From NCBI GenBank assembly GCA_964291415.2, contig OZ219919.1, positions 1-64,000 of the forward strand: a DNA stretch of 64,000 bases, written 5' to 3'. This document shows, piece by piece, positions 1 to 9,902 of the stretch. Below the pieces are notes generated by a model, which made no database searches, had not been told where the DNA came from, and saw nothing but the letters and a program-made list of their open reading frames with translations. The first letter of the stretch is position 1. Each line of letters starts with the position of its first letter. Origin of the DNA: Alphaproteobacteria bacterium. GTDB lineage: Bacteria > Pseudomonadota > Alphaproteobacteria > SP197. The position numbers and the translations under genes are program-made.

Positions 1-34
1 CGTGATGAGTTCGAGGTCAGCCGGGAGTTTCCAG

Positions 35-1135
35 ATGAAGATCGTCAGCGTGACACCGTTTCTGGTCGGTCCCAGGCCAAGTTCGGATGGCTGGTCCGAG
101 GGCCAGACCATGGTGTTCGTGAAACTGGAGACGGACGAGGGACTCACCGGCTGGGGCGAAGCCTATGCCCTCACCTACCGGGAACCCGCAACGTGCGAGA
201 TCATCATCGCCCTGGGCGAGGCCCTGAAACAGATGCCGCACGCCAGTCCGCGCGCCTTCCTGCGTCACGTCGTGGAGCCCATGTCCTACAAGCATCCCGG
301 GATCGACTATGCGTCGGCGACGAGCGCGATCGAGATCGCGCTCTGGGACCTCGCCGGACAATCGGCGCAGATGCCCGTGCATGCGATGCTTGGCGGCGCC
401 ATCATCGACCGTGTGCCGGTCTACGCCAATGCCTGGGACGGGCCGGTCCAGACGCCTCAGGCCATTGCCGGGCGTTGCGCAATGATGCGTTCGCAAGGCT
501 ATGGCGCCGTCAAGATCTACCCCCTGCGCCAGCCCACTCTGGAGGATGCCGAAACCTGCGTCCGCCTGACCCGGGAAGCAGTCGGCTGGGGCGTCGACAT
601 CATGCTCGACTTCGCCGTCCAGAAGGACCGTCGCCACGCGCTTCGCGCCGCCCGTCTGTTGGAGCCCTACGCGCCCTTCTGGATCGAGGAACCGCTCGCC
701 GGGGACGACCTTGACGGCCTGGCCGAGTTCCGCGCCCTCACGACTTCGCGCATCACCACCGGCGAGCGCCAGGCGGGGGTGCGCCACTACCGCAACCTCC
801 TCGACAGGAGGGCAGCCGACGTCCTCAACCCCGACATTGCCGGGGCCGGCGGCATCGTGACGATGCTCGAGATCGGTGCCATGGCAGACGCCCATTCGGT
901 GCTCATTTCGCCCCATTGCTGGAACAGCACGACCGTGGCGTTTGTCGCCATGCTTCATACCTGCGCGGTCATGCCGAACTCCATTCATGCGGAACTCTAC
1001 TACGACTACCTGGAACTCGGCTCCGAGTTCGCCACCTGCGATTATGTCATCCGGGACGGCATGGCCAGCCTGCCCCAGGCGCCGGGACTTGGCGTGACGA
1101 TCGACGAGGACGTTCTGCGCTCCCTCGCTCCCTGA
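35..1135 (+). CDS. Mandelate racemase/muconate lactonizing enzyme family protein (acid-sugar dehydratase-like)
   Basis: N-terminal VKLETDEGLTGWGEA and SAIEIALWDLAGQ; metal ligands MLD, WIEEP, TGER; SPHCW; C-terminal PGLGVTIDE. Start set at ATG 35 after GGGAG. Confidence 0.9.
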   Translation: MKIVSVTPFLVGPRPSSDGWSEGQTMVFVKLETDEGLTGWGEAYALTYREPATCEIIIALGEALKQMPHASPRAFLRHVVEPMSYKHPGIDYASATSAIEIALWDLAGQSAQMPVHAMLGGAIIDRVPVYANAWDGPVQTPQAIAGRCAMMRSQGYGAVKIYPLRQPTLEDAETCVRLTREAVGWGVDIMLDFAVQKDRRHALRAARLLEPYAPFWIEEPLAGDDLDGLAEFRALTTSRITTGERQAGVRHYRNLLDRRAADVLNPDIAGAGGIVTMLEIGAMADAHSVLISPHCWNSTTVAFVAMLHTCAVMPNSIHAELYYDYLELGSEFATCDYVIRDGMASLPQAPGLGVTIDEDVLRSLAP

Positions 1136-1218
1136 ACGCATCATGTTCGAGGCCCGGCTGGTGGCGCCGAACCTGTCGGCGGTGGTGGGCATGGGAGGCG
1201 CGCCCGACTCACACTGCG

Positions 1219-1240
1219 GTTCCGGCTCCTTCGCCGGAAC
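1219..1240 (+). other. Short GC stem-loop in intergenic region
   Basis: gttccggc-tccttc-gccggaac, 8-bp perfect stem; no U-tract, so function unclear. Confidence 0.3.
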
Positions 1241-1312
1241 GCGTTGCATAGGCGATTTCCAAAGTTCTCGTCCTACGCCAGACTTCTCGCACCAGGTCTC
1301 GAAGGAGTACAC

Positions 1313-1954
1313 ATGACCGTCCGACGCGCGCATGCGAGTGCTGATCCCAACCGCTTCTATCAGGCCAGGGACCAACGTCAGCTGACCGAGCGCTACGATG
1401 AAGCCGCCGAGGTCTACGACGAGGCCATGAATGATGACGTCGGCTGGAGCGGTCACGTCGAACTGGCGAAGGCAGTCGTTCGCCACGTTTCCCCCGACGT
1501 CCTTCTCTGCGATGCCGGCGCCGGCACCGGGATGCTGGGTGAGCGCCTCGCGGCCCACGGATTCACCCGGATGGTGGCGAACGATCTCTCGCCGGGCATG
1601 CTGGAGGTTGCTCGTCGCAAGGGCATCTACGAGGACTGCCAGGTGATGGACCTCGGCAAGCGGCTCCCGTATGCCTCCAACACCTTCGATGCCGTGACGG
1701 CGTGCGGGGTGTTCACCCCCAACCATGCACCGGCATCAGCGCTTGACGAGCTGGTCCGCATCACGCGACCGAACGGCCTTGTTCTCTACACATTGCGATC
1801 GGATGTCGAACCGGACGACTTCGCGACGCGCCAGAGGATTCTTGCCGACTCAGGCTCGTGGACCCTGGTAGAAACCGGCGAGCCCTTTGCCTCCATCGCG
1901 TCGGAGCCTCACATCCGCCATCGCTGCTGGATCTGGCGAGTCCTCCAGACGTGA
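1313..1954 (+). CDS. Class I SAM-dependent methyltransferase
   Basis: Motif I CDAGAGTG, NDLSPGML, LPYASNTFDAV; ATG 1313 preceded by GAAGGAG. Confidence 0.88.
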   Translation: MTVRRAHASADPNRFYQARDQRQLTERYDEAAEVYDEAMNDDVGWSGHVELAKAVVRHVSPDVLLCDAGAGTGMLGERLAAHGFTRMVANDLSPGMLEVARRKGIYEDCQVMDLGKRLPYASNTFDAVTACGVFTPNHAPASALDELVRITRPNGLVLYTLRSDVEPDDFATRQRILADSGSWTLVETGEPFASIASEPHIRHRCWIWRVLQT

Positions 1955-2138
1955 TGAATGGACATGCCCTGGCCTCAAGGCTCGTGGATTCTGCTCGAGG
2001 AGAGGAGCCCATGGGTACAGAGCCATATCGAGGAGAGCGGGTCATGTTCGAGTGCAACGCATACGCTAGTCTGAGTTCCCACGAGGAGGCGTATCCTGTT
2101 CCCACGGCCTTAGCCCGGGAGGGTTCGGGAGGCATGGG

Positions 2139-3398
2139 ATGACCACGCAACGGGACGTCGTTGTCATTGGCGCAGGCGCGGCGGGGCTTGCGGCCGCAAA
2201 GGAACTGCCCCGGCTCGGCGTCTCCTGCACGGTCATCGAGGCATCGCATCGAATCGGCGGGCGAGCCTACTCCGAGGAGATCATGCCGGATGTGTGGTTC
2301 GACCTGGGCTGCGCCTGGCTCGGCACCGGGGTCGGCAACCCGTTTGCCGACATCGGCGATGATCTGGGCATCGAACTCGGCAGATTCGCCGCCGATGCGT
2401 ACAAACCGGAAAACCACCGGTTCGTGCGAGACGGCACAGAGCTCACTCCTGATGAATGGACCGCCTGCCGTCGCTACTTTGTCGAATGTCACAGCGCCAT
2501 TGCGGCGGCCGCCCGAAGCAGTCCGGATGTCGCAATCAGCGACGTGATCGATATCGAGAACACTTACGCGGCACCCTTTCTGGAGAACGTCGCAACGGCC
2601 TGGGGCCTGGATGCCGACGAGGTATCCGCCGCCGACTTCGCCAGTTCCACCGGAGAGCTCGGTTACCCGGCCGTGCGCGGCTACGGCGGCCTGGTCGCCG
2701 CGTGGGGTGCCGATGTCGAGGTCACCCTCAATGCACGCGCGGAGCGCATCGACTGGTCGGGGGCCGGTGTTTCGGTCGAAACGTCGAAGGGAACCGTGAC
2801 GGCGCGCCGCGCCCTCTGCACGGTTTCAACCGGCATTCTGGGCTCCGGCGAGGTCAGCTTTTGGCCGCCGCTGCCCGACTGGAAGCAGGAAGCCGTCCTT
2901 GGCCTGCCCATGGGCACCGAGAACAAGATGGGAGTCGCCTTCGACACGGACGTGTTCGGAGACGGGGGACGCGGCCACTACACGCTCTGGAATCGCGACG
3001 GCGCCACGGCAAAGATCGACGCCAGCGCCATGGGTCTCAACGTTGCTGCCGTCTTCGTCGGCGGCCGGCACGCGGTCTGGCTCGAGAGGCAGGGCCCGCA
3101 GGCCTGCCAGGACTTCGCCGTGGACAGGGTGGCCGAAGTGTTCGGCAACGGCATACGCGAACACGTCGTGCGGACCATCACCACCGCCTGGAGCACGGAT
3201 CCCTGGACACGGGGCTCGTGGGCTTGCGCACGGCCCGGACAGGCGCACCAGCGCGAACACCTGGCGCGCACCGTCGGCGACCGCCTCTTCTTCGCCGGCG
3301 AAGCCACCATGGTGGGCGGACAGGGAACCTGTCACGGCGCCTATTACTCCGGCATCCGGGCCGCGCGGGAGATTGCCGCCCGGCCGCACCGGGACTAG
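2139..3398 (+). CDS. Flavin monoamine oxidase family protein
   Basis: VVVIGAGAAGLAAA, EASHRIGGR, FDLGCAW, WSTDPWTRGSW, LFFAGEAT, HGAYYSGIRAA. Confidence 0.92.
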   Translation: MTTQRDVVVIGAGAAGLAAAKELPRLGVSCTVIEASHRIGGRAYSEEIMPDVWFDLGCAWLGTGVGNPFADIGDDLGIELGRFAADAYKPENHRFVRDGTELTPDEWTACRRYFVECHSAIAAAARSSPDVAISDVIDIENTYAAPFLENVATAWGLDADEVSAADFASSTGELGYPAVRGYGGLVAAWGADVEVTLNARAERIDWSGAGVSVETSKGTVTARRALCTVSTGILGSGEVSFWPPLPDWKQEAVLGLPMGTENKMGVAFDTDVFGDGGRGHYTLWNRDGATAKIDASAMGLNVAAVFVGGRHAVWLERQGPQACQDFAVDRVAEVFGNGIREHVVRTITTAWSTDPWTRGSWACARPGQAHQREHLARTVGDRLFFAGEATMVGGQGTCHGAYYSGIRAAREIAARPHRD

Positions 3399-3566
3399 CG
3401 GGCGGGCGTCCGCTCCAGGAACAGCAGGGCGCCGCCTGATCCAGACCAGACCGGCCTCGCCTCGCGTGGACTGGCGTCCGACAACCGGTGGAGTTCCGTC
3501 GAACGGTACCCTTTCATGGGTCATGCCGCGAAGGCTGCGACATGGCCACGCACGAGGAGTGCAGTT

Positions 3567-4511
3567 CTAGCCGCCGCCCTGCACGATGTCGGCGTCGAGA
3601 CGGACTCGCTTGCGGTTCATCGGAGCCCAGCTTGCCACTTTGAGTTTGTTCGTGCGCTTCTCGCGCCCATGGAGCTCCTCGGGACCCAGATCGCCGGGAC
3701 CGTCGCCCGCCGTGCCGTTGAGCACCTCGTTGGGGTGCTTGTGGTCGACAAAGCCGAGGTTCACGGCGCCGAGATCGTAGCCGATCAACTCCTGGAGCCG
3801 CCTTGGGAAGGTCCGGGCCAGATCGGGTGGACAGGCCATGTACTGGTTCTCCTCCTGACGCAGCCAGGCGAGCGAGAACTGGATGGCGCAGCCGGTGCGC
3901 GCCGCGTTCGAGCGATTCGCGCCGCCGCCGTGAAAGACCGCCCCGCTGTAGAGCAGCAACGAGCCCGCGGGCATCTCGGCCTGCACGACCTCGCTCTCGA
4001 CCGGCGTTCGCCCCTCTTCCCAGAGATGGCTTCCGGGCACCAGCCAGGTCGCGCCGTTGTCGCGTGTGAAGTCCGTCACGGCCCACATGGTCGCGCAGAT
4101 CAGAGGCGGGGACGGACTCTGGAATGGATAGAGCCCGGTGTCCCGGTGGACGACCTGCGCCATCTCTCCCGGAAGGAGATGCATCACGCCCGTGTAGTTG
4201 ATCTGGATCCGAGCGCAGAAGGATCCGAGGAAGCCCTCCACGACATCCAGCAGCATCGGGTCGAGCGCCATGACCCGCGCCTGTTCGCAGCGCGCCAGCA
4301 GGCAGCCGAAACGGACGGTCTTCATGCCCATGAAGGCCTCGTGACCGGCCGGCGTTGCGGCGATCAGCGGCTCGAGCTCGCCGCGCAGACGGGCAAGGCT
4401 GTCAGCGTCAAGCATGTCGTGGATGATGGCGTAGCCCTGCTCGGCGATCGCTTCGGCCACAACGGCGGGAGCGGCGGATCTCTCGAAAGTGATGAGCGCG
4501 GCCATTCGCAT
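3567..4511 (-). CDS. Phytanoyl-CoA dioxygenase (PhyH) family Fe(II)/2-oxoglutarate dioxygenase
   Basis: QVVHRD (HxD), DFTRDNGATWLVPGSH, HGGGAN, WLRQEENQY. Start at ATG 4511 or 4505. Confidence 0.9.
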   Translation of the reverse strand: MRMAALITFERSAAPAVVAEAIAEQGYAIIHDMLDADSLARLRGELEPLIAATPAGHEAFMGMKTVRFGCLLARCEQARVMALDPMLLDVVEGFLGSFCARIQINYTGVMHLLPGEMAQVVHRDTGLYPFQSPSPPLICATMWAVTDFTRDNGATWLVPGSHLWEEGRTPVESEVVQAEMPAGSLLLYSGAVFHGGGANRSNAARTGCAIQFSLAWLRQEENQYMACPPDLARTFPRRLQELIGYDLGAVNLGFVDHKHPNEVLNGTAGDGPGDLGPEELHGREKRTNKLKVASWAPMNRKRVRLDADIVQGGG

Positions 4512-4796
4512 TCCCCCGGTGGATGCGCTGACTATAGTGCGGCCCGCGGCCGGCGGCGACTCGATCAACGGGAGACGGGCGTTTCGGGTCACGGGGCTGC
4601 GCGAGCCAGCGACATCGGTGCAGATCCGGACGACCGTGGGAAAGGACCATGAACGCGTGCGGACACCTTCCCAAGGGCGGTCTCATCGGCACTATTGCGG
4701 TTCGGGGTTTTGCAACAGGTTTGGGAAAGCCCCTTGCCTGTTCCAGGGAGCTTGTGACCGGAGCGGCGAAACCTCCCGAAGACCGTGGAGTTCGCA

Positions 4797-5381
4797 ATGC
4801 ACGAGAACACCTGCATGCGGCCGCCCGCACAGCTCGCGGCGATCGAGGAGGCGACCGCCAGGCTGGGTTTTGACCTGGCCTCCGAGCGCGACACCGGGGC
4901 TCTGTTGCGCGTTCTGGCCGCCGGCAAGCCGGCGGGCCGGTTTCTCGAGATCGGAACCGGCACGGGGCTTGCCACAGCCTGGCTGCTGGACGGCATGGAT
5001 AGCGCCTCGTTGCTCCATACGATCGACACAGAACGCGATGTGGTGGGCGTGGCCCAGCGCTACCTGGGCGACGATCCGAGAGTGCGGTTTGTCGTAGCAG
5101 ATGCCATCGGATGGCTGGCAGCCAACAGACATCTGTCGTTCGACCTGATTTTCGCCGACGCCATCCCGGGCAAGTACGAGCAGTTTGCGACCGTCTGGGA
5201 CCGTCTGAAGACCGGTGGCATCTATGTCATTGACGACATGCAGCCGCAAGGAAACTGGCCCGAAGGTCATGGCGAAAGGGTCGCCGGACTGCTGACCTCA
5301 CTGAATCAGCGGCCGGACTGCATGGTGGTCGAGATGGACTGGAGTACCGGTCTGGCCATTGCGGTCAAATCCGCACGCTGA
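4797..5381 (+). CDS. O-methyltransferase (class I SAM-dependent)
   Basis: FLEIGTGTGLATAW, FDLIFADAIPGKY, GGIYVIDD. Confidence 0.88.
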   Translation: MHENTCMRPPAQLAAIEEATARLGFDLASERDTGALLRVLAAGKPAGRFLEIGTGTGLATAWLLDGMDSASLLHTIDTERDVVGVAQRYLGDDPRVRFVVADAIGWLAANRHLSFDLIFADAIPGKYEQFATVWDRLKTGGIYVIDDMQPQGNWPEGHGERVAGLLTSLNQRPDCMVVEMDWSTGLAIAVKSAR

Positions 5382-5549
5382 CTGCACATTCCGGCTCGGG
5401 GCGGGGACGGTGTTCGCGCGCGCCATGGTTCGCGATGCATGCCATCGGCACATTCGACTCGACCCAACCCGTGGGCATCCGCGTTTCGCGCCGAATCATT
5501 CATGCCGTGCGACGAGATGCAGAATTGCCGCGGCCCGGGTAACCCGAAC

Positions 5550-7166
5550 TCAGCACGAATGGACGACGGTGCCGTTCATCATCGTCAGCCGCACGCCGGT
5601 CTTCAGCAACGACGCCGGTCCGCCAGCGAAGAAGTCCCGGTCGAGCACGACGATGTCGGCGGCCAGACCCGGCTTCACCATGCCGGTCTCGTGATCCAGC
5701 CATGCCGCCCACGCGGATTCGCGCGTGCCGTGCACGATGGACTGTTCCAGGGGCAGCGCCCAATCGGGCCTGAGCGCCGGAAGCGAGTCGTCGGTGGGCG
5801 ACTTGCGCGTCGACGCCAGGTACATGTTCGCCAGGGCCTCGTATGGCGCGGTTGGCGTATCGGTGCCGAAGGCAAGAGCCGAGCCGGCGGCAAGGTAAAG
5901 CGGCCAGGCAAAGCCGTGATTGCCCCGCTCGGGACCGATCACCTCAAGCCAGCGTTCGAGCAGTGCCGGGTCCAGATGCACCGGCTGCATTGAGGCGGTG
6001 ATGCCGAGTCTGCCCATGCGCGCGATCTCTTCATCCCGCGCATACTCCAGATGCTCGATGCGATGACGCCTGCCGGCGGTCCCATTGACCTGCATGGCGT
6101 TCTCCAGGGCGTCGACAGCAATCCGCGCGGCCTCGTCGCCGATGGCGTGGATCGCAACCTGCAGGCCGGCAGCGTCGGCTGCCCCGACGACCGGGTTCAG
6201 CGTCTGCGCATCCCAGATGGGATCGGCGCTGATCCCGTTGGTGTAGGGCTCGCTCAGGGCGGCCGTACAGCCGTCGATGGTGCCGTCCGCAATGATCTTG
6301 ATGCCGCCAACCCGCAGGCGGTCGCCGCGATGCTCATTCGCGAGATCCACGGCCCGCCTCACCTGGGCAAGCTCCGTCTCCGGATCCCCCGTCCTGAAGA
6401 CGATCATGTGAGCGACAATGCGCGCGGTGAGCCTTCCGGCCTCGTGAAGCTTCCGCATCGACCGCAGCGCGGGCTCTTCCAGCGCCATCTCCACCACGCC
6501 GGTGATGCCGGCGCGGGCGAACGCTTCCAGCGCCGTGGTGATGTGCCGTTCCCTTACCGGATCCTCGACATTCGCGAGCAACGGCCACACCCACTCGGCG
6601 CTGGCGGCCTCCAGCAGATGGCCGGTGGCTTCGCCGGTGTCGGGATCGCGTACGATCTCTCCGCCGAGCGGATTGGGCGTGTCGTCGTCGATCCCGATTT
6701 CGGCGAGGGCGGCGGAATTCACCCAGGATGAGTGGAAATCGTGGGCTTCGAGATACACGGGCCGATCCGGGACGATGCAATCCAGCATCTCCCTGGTGGG
6801 TCTTGCATCGGGCACATCCGAATACACCCAGTTGGTGCCGAGAACCCTGGGCTCGTCAGGGTGTTCATCCGCCCACTTTCTGACGCGGCGCTGGATCTCC
6901 TCAAGACTTCCCGAGCCGCGCAGATGCGCTTTCAGCATCGCCGCTCCGGTCATGGTGACGTGAACATGGCCGTCGACGAAACCGGGAAGAACCAGACCGC
7001 CGGCGACGTCGATCATCTCCGCTGCATCGCCGGCGCGGGCGCGAGCCGTCCGAGCGTCGCCGACGAACGCGATACGATCGCCCTCGACGACGACAGCCTC
7101 CGCCCACGGCCTGGCGGGATCCGCGGTGAAGACCCGCCCGCCCGTCATCAACCGTCTCTGGCTCAT
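5550..7166 (-). CDS. Amidohydrolase 3 family protein (YtcJ-like)
   Basis: LPGFVDGHVH, IKIIADG, IHAIGD, HRIEH, FGTD, KPGLAADIVVLD. Confidence 0.92.
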   Translation of the reverse strand: MSQRRLMTGGRVFTADPARPWAEAVVVEGDRIAFVGDARTARARAGDAAEMIDVAGGLVLPGFVDGHVHVTMTGAAMLKAHLRGSGSLEEIQRRVRKWADEHPDEPRVLGTNWVYSDVPDARPTREMLDCIVPDRPVYLEAHDFHSSWVNSAALAEIGIDDDTPNPLGGEIVRDPDTGEATGHLLEAASAEWVWPLLANVEDPVRERHITTALEAFARAGITGVVEMALEEPALRSMRKLHEAGRLTARIVAHMIVFRTGDPETELAQVRRAVDLANEHRGDRLRVGGIKIIADGTIDGCTAALSEPYTNGISADPIWDAQTLNPVVGAADAAGLQVAIHAIGDEAARIAVDALENAMQVNGTAGRRHRIEHLEYARDEEIARMGRLGITASMQPVHLDPALLERWLEVIGPERGNHGFAWPLYLAAGSALAFGTDTPTAPYEALANMYLASTRKSPTDDSLPALRPDWALPLEQSIVHGTRESAWAAWLDHETGMVKPGLAADIVVLDRDFFAGGPASLLKTGVRLTMMNGTVVHSC

Positions 7167-7350
7167 CGCCCTGCCCCTCCGAAGTTGCGCTGGCCGGGTT
7201 CGAAGGCTGGTCCATCCTGGAAACGACGGTTGGAGGTCAAGGCGGCCCGCTCGATCCCGGTGACGTGAGCGGGACCGGCAACCTGCCGCACCCGTCGGCT
7301 TCGAACTCTCGCACCCATTGGGACACTACCTCCCGGCGACCATCTCCGAT

Positions 7351-7407
7351 ACCACCGATCAACATCCATGAACCCAGCACAGCGACGGCAGGCGCGATGT
7401 ACACCAG
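7351..7407 (-). pseudogene. Possible EamA/DMT transporter fragment
   Basis: Start-less frame reads LVYIAPAVAVLGSWMLIGG, resembling the EamA signature (Y-L-x-P-V-x-A-x-L-x-x-W-L-x-L-G-E); lies in a 750-bp gap with no credible gene. Confidence 0.25.
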
Positions 7408-7913
7408 TCTGGCGCCGATGACGCAACCCCCATCGAAGCGGACCTCCCGATCGATCCTCCTCTGACGATCGCTTCATGTGAAGGGGTGTTGGCGACGGTC
7501 ATGTCGAAGCGCTCTTCGACCTTCGCGGCGGTTGGTCTCGCGTGCGGCTCAGCGCTCGATTCCATCTGTTCCTTCGCTTGCACGAGCATTCCTCGGCGAG
7601 TTGCAGGGCGTTCTGAAGGGCGACATCGCAGTGCTCTGCGAGTCCTGTCGTCGGACGACTCTTGAGGACGGGCTCACGTCCGATGCAACAGGTCCTGCCG
7701 CGACCCATGTTTGTGAGCGACGAGAGTCCTGCGAGATACGGTGTACGAGCACACGTGCACAGCGGTGTACAAGGATTCGATCGTGAGCCAACCCGGGCAC
7801 AGGCTCACCACGTCTCGGGCAGCATCCAAAAGCCCCTGACGGATGGCGTCGTGGAACACCCGGAGCGACGGAGTTCCGACGCGGGTCGCGCGTGTCTGCG
7901 CGGCGCAGGCCCG

Positions 7914-8414
7914 CTATGCGTAACTGATCGCGGTGATCTCGAGTTCGAGGTCGCCTGCCGGGCGCCGCCAGGTGACGGTGTCGCCTACTTCGGCGCCGAT
8001 GAGCGCCCGGGCCAGGGGTGAGACCCAGCTCACCATGCCCTTGTCGATGTCGGCCTGGTTCTCGCCGACGATGCGCCATGCGTGGTGCTCTCCGCTCTCG
8101 TCCAGCACATCGACCTGGGCGCCGAACGCCACCTCGCCGGAGGGCTGTCCGGCCGGATCCACCACCACGGCATGGTCGATCCGTCCTTCCACATAGCGAA
8201 GATCGCGCCTGACATGGGCCAGCTGGTTGCGCCCGATCATGCTGGTCTGGTCTGCCTCCAGCACATCACGTTCCCGGCGCAGACGGCCAAGCCAGTCCTC
8301 GAGCATGGCCATGCCTTCCGGGGTGACATAGTTGGGGACCGGCTCCTGGGGCAATTCGGGCAGGACGTCGACGACGCTGTCGGCGTCCGGCTCCCTGACA
8401 AAGGCACGGCTCAT
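7914..8414 (-). CDS. GreA/GreB family transcription elongation factor (short type)
   Basis: MSRAFVRE start, NYVTPEG, VAFGAQV, RIVGENQAD, VSWVSPLARALIG. Confidence 0.9.
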   Translation of the reverse strand: MSRAFVREPDADSVVDVLPELPQEPVPNYVTPEGMAMLEDWLGRLRRERDVLEADQTSMIGRNQLAHVRRDLRYVEGRIDHAVVVDPAGQPSGEVAFGAQVDVLDESGEHHAWRIVGENQADIDKGMVSWVSPLARALIGAEVGDTVTWRRPAGDLELEITAISYA

Positions 8415-8433
8415 GACACCCGATCTCCGCACA

Positions 8434-9696
8434 TCACCGGTTGAAACGATCCGGCCTGAACGCGCCAAGGTCAAGACCGGGATCACGGCCCGCCACGAGA
8501 TTCGCCATCACCTCGCCGCTGCGTGCCGCGAGGGTCAGGCCGAGGTGCTGGTGCCCGAAATTGAACCATGTGTTGTCCAGGCCGGCGACCTTGCCGAGCG
8601 CCGGGAGGTAGTCGGGCAGGGTCGGCCGGCGACCCATCCATCGGGTGATCTTCGTTGAATGCTCAGGCTTGAAGTCGCGCAGGATACCGCGTCCCCTCTC
8701 GGCCTGGATGTCGGCGCGCCTGTAGTCGGCGGGGGCATCGATGCCGGCCATCTCGACACTGCCGGCAATGCGAAGCCCCTCATCCATCTGATTCATGCCG
8801 AAGCCCTGCTCTCCATGAATGAGCGGCAGGCGCAGCCCGCTGTCGGCGCCGTGATAGACCGTATGGTATCCCCGCTCGGTATCGAGCAGGACGCGGATGC
8901 CAAGCATCTTGGCAAGACGCCCCGACCAGGCCCCTGCGGACACCACCAGGCGGTCCACCTTCCTGTCGCCAGCCGTGGTCCGCAATGTCCGCACGCGGCC
9001 ATCGCTCACCTCGATCCCCGTCACGGTCGCCGTCTCGACCAGACCTCCGGCAGCAACGACGCAGTCGGCGACCGCCCGCGTGAGCCGATAGGGATTGACC
9101 GTGTGATTGACCCTGGGGAGGAAGGTTGCGGCTGTGACGGCTTCGGAGAGCTGTGGCTCGCTCTGGCGCACTTCGGCGCCGTTGAGTTCAGTGAGTTCCG
9201 CGCCGAGTTCACGCAACGTGGCGCGGTCCGTGGCCGCCGAGGCAAAGCCGCGTTCCGTTTCGTAGATGATGGCAAGTCCGCGTTTGCGGATCAGCGCCGC
9301 TCCTTGCGTTCCCTCGACAAGCCGTTCCCAGGACGCCACGGAACCGTCGAGAAGAGCGTAGAAGGCACGGGCATTGTGATGCCGCTGCCGGGCCCCGGCG
9401 CTCTTCATGAACACGAGGAGCCAGGGCATCAGCGCCGGCAGGTAGCTCCAGCGGATGTGAAGGCTGCTCTTGCGATCCATCAGCATCCGGGGCAGACCCC
9501 GGATGACCTGCGACGATGGCAGCGGCATGGCCGACGTGGAATCGCAGATCATGCCGGCATTGCCGAAGGAACAGTTCTCGCCGGGTCCGTCGCGATCGAT
9601 CACGGTGACGTCAAAACCGTCGCGGACAAGGCAGAGCGCCGTCGCCACGCCGACAACGCCGGCACCGATGACCGTCACATGACCGCGTTCACCCAT
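8434..9696 (-). CDS. FAD-dependent D-amino-acid dehydrogenase/oxidase family protein
   Basis: VTVIGAGVVG, SFGNAG, ERGYH, WMGRRPTLPD, FGHQHLGLT. Confidence 0.9.
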   Translation of the reverse strand: MGERGHVTVIGAGVVGVATALCLVRDGFDVTVIDRDGPGENCSFGNAGMICDSTSAMPLPSSQVIRGLPRMLMDRKSSLHIRWSYLPALMPWLLVFMKSAGARQRHHNARAFYALLDGSVASWERLVEGTQGAALIRKRGLAIIYETERGFASAATDRATLRELGAELTELNGAEVRQSEPQLSEAVTAATFLPRVNHTVNPYRLTRAVADCVVAAGGLVETATVTGIEVSDGRVRTLRTTAGDRKVDRLVVSAGAWSGRLAKMLGIRVLLDTERGYHTVYHGADSGLRLPLIHGEQGFGMNQMDEGLRIAGSVEMAGIDAPADYRRADIQAERGRGILRDFKPEHSTKITRWMGRRPTLPDYLPALGKVAGLDNTWFNFGHQHLGLTLAARSGEVMANLVAGRDPGLDLGAFRPDRFNR

Positions 9697-9902
9697 GAAA
9701 CCCTCCCTGGCACGCCGATGGCGCCCCATCACGCGAGACCGCTGGCGATGCAACGGCGCATGCAACGACCGCTCCGTCGCCTTCCACGATAACAGGTGCC
9801 GGCGTTCCCGGAAAACATGTGCCGGAACTGTGTCGGGTTCCTCCTGTGGAGGCGTCCCGGCGCGATCATGGTAGGGTGAGCCGTGACGAGGGGGCGTTGT
9901 CC

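Noticed and set aside
1144-1210. Short frame MFEARLVAPNLSAVVGMGG resembling a DJ-1/PfpI fragment
   Set aside because: Too short and similarity too weak to call.
17-1726. 569-aa minus-strand ORF
   Set aside because: Antisense shadow of two well-supported plus-strand genes; no family motifs; expected at high GC.
4649-4873. 74-aa ORF with AAAGGA RBS
   Set aside because: Overlaps the O-methyltransferase out of frame; no motif or other support.
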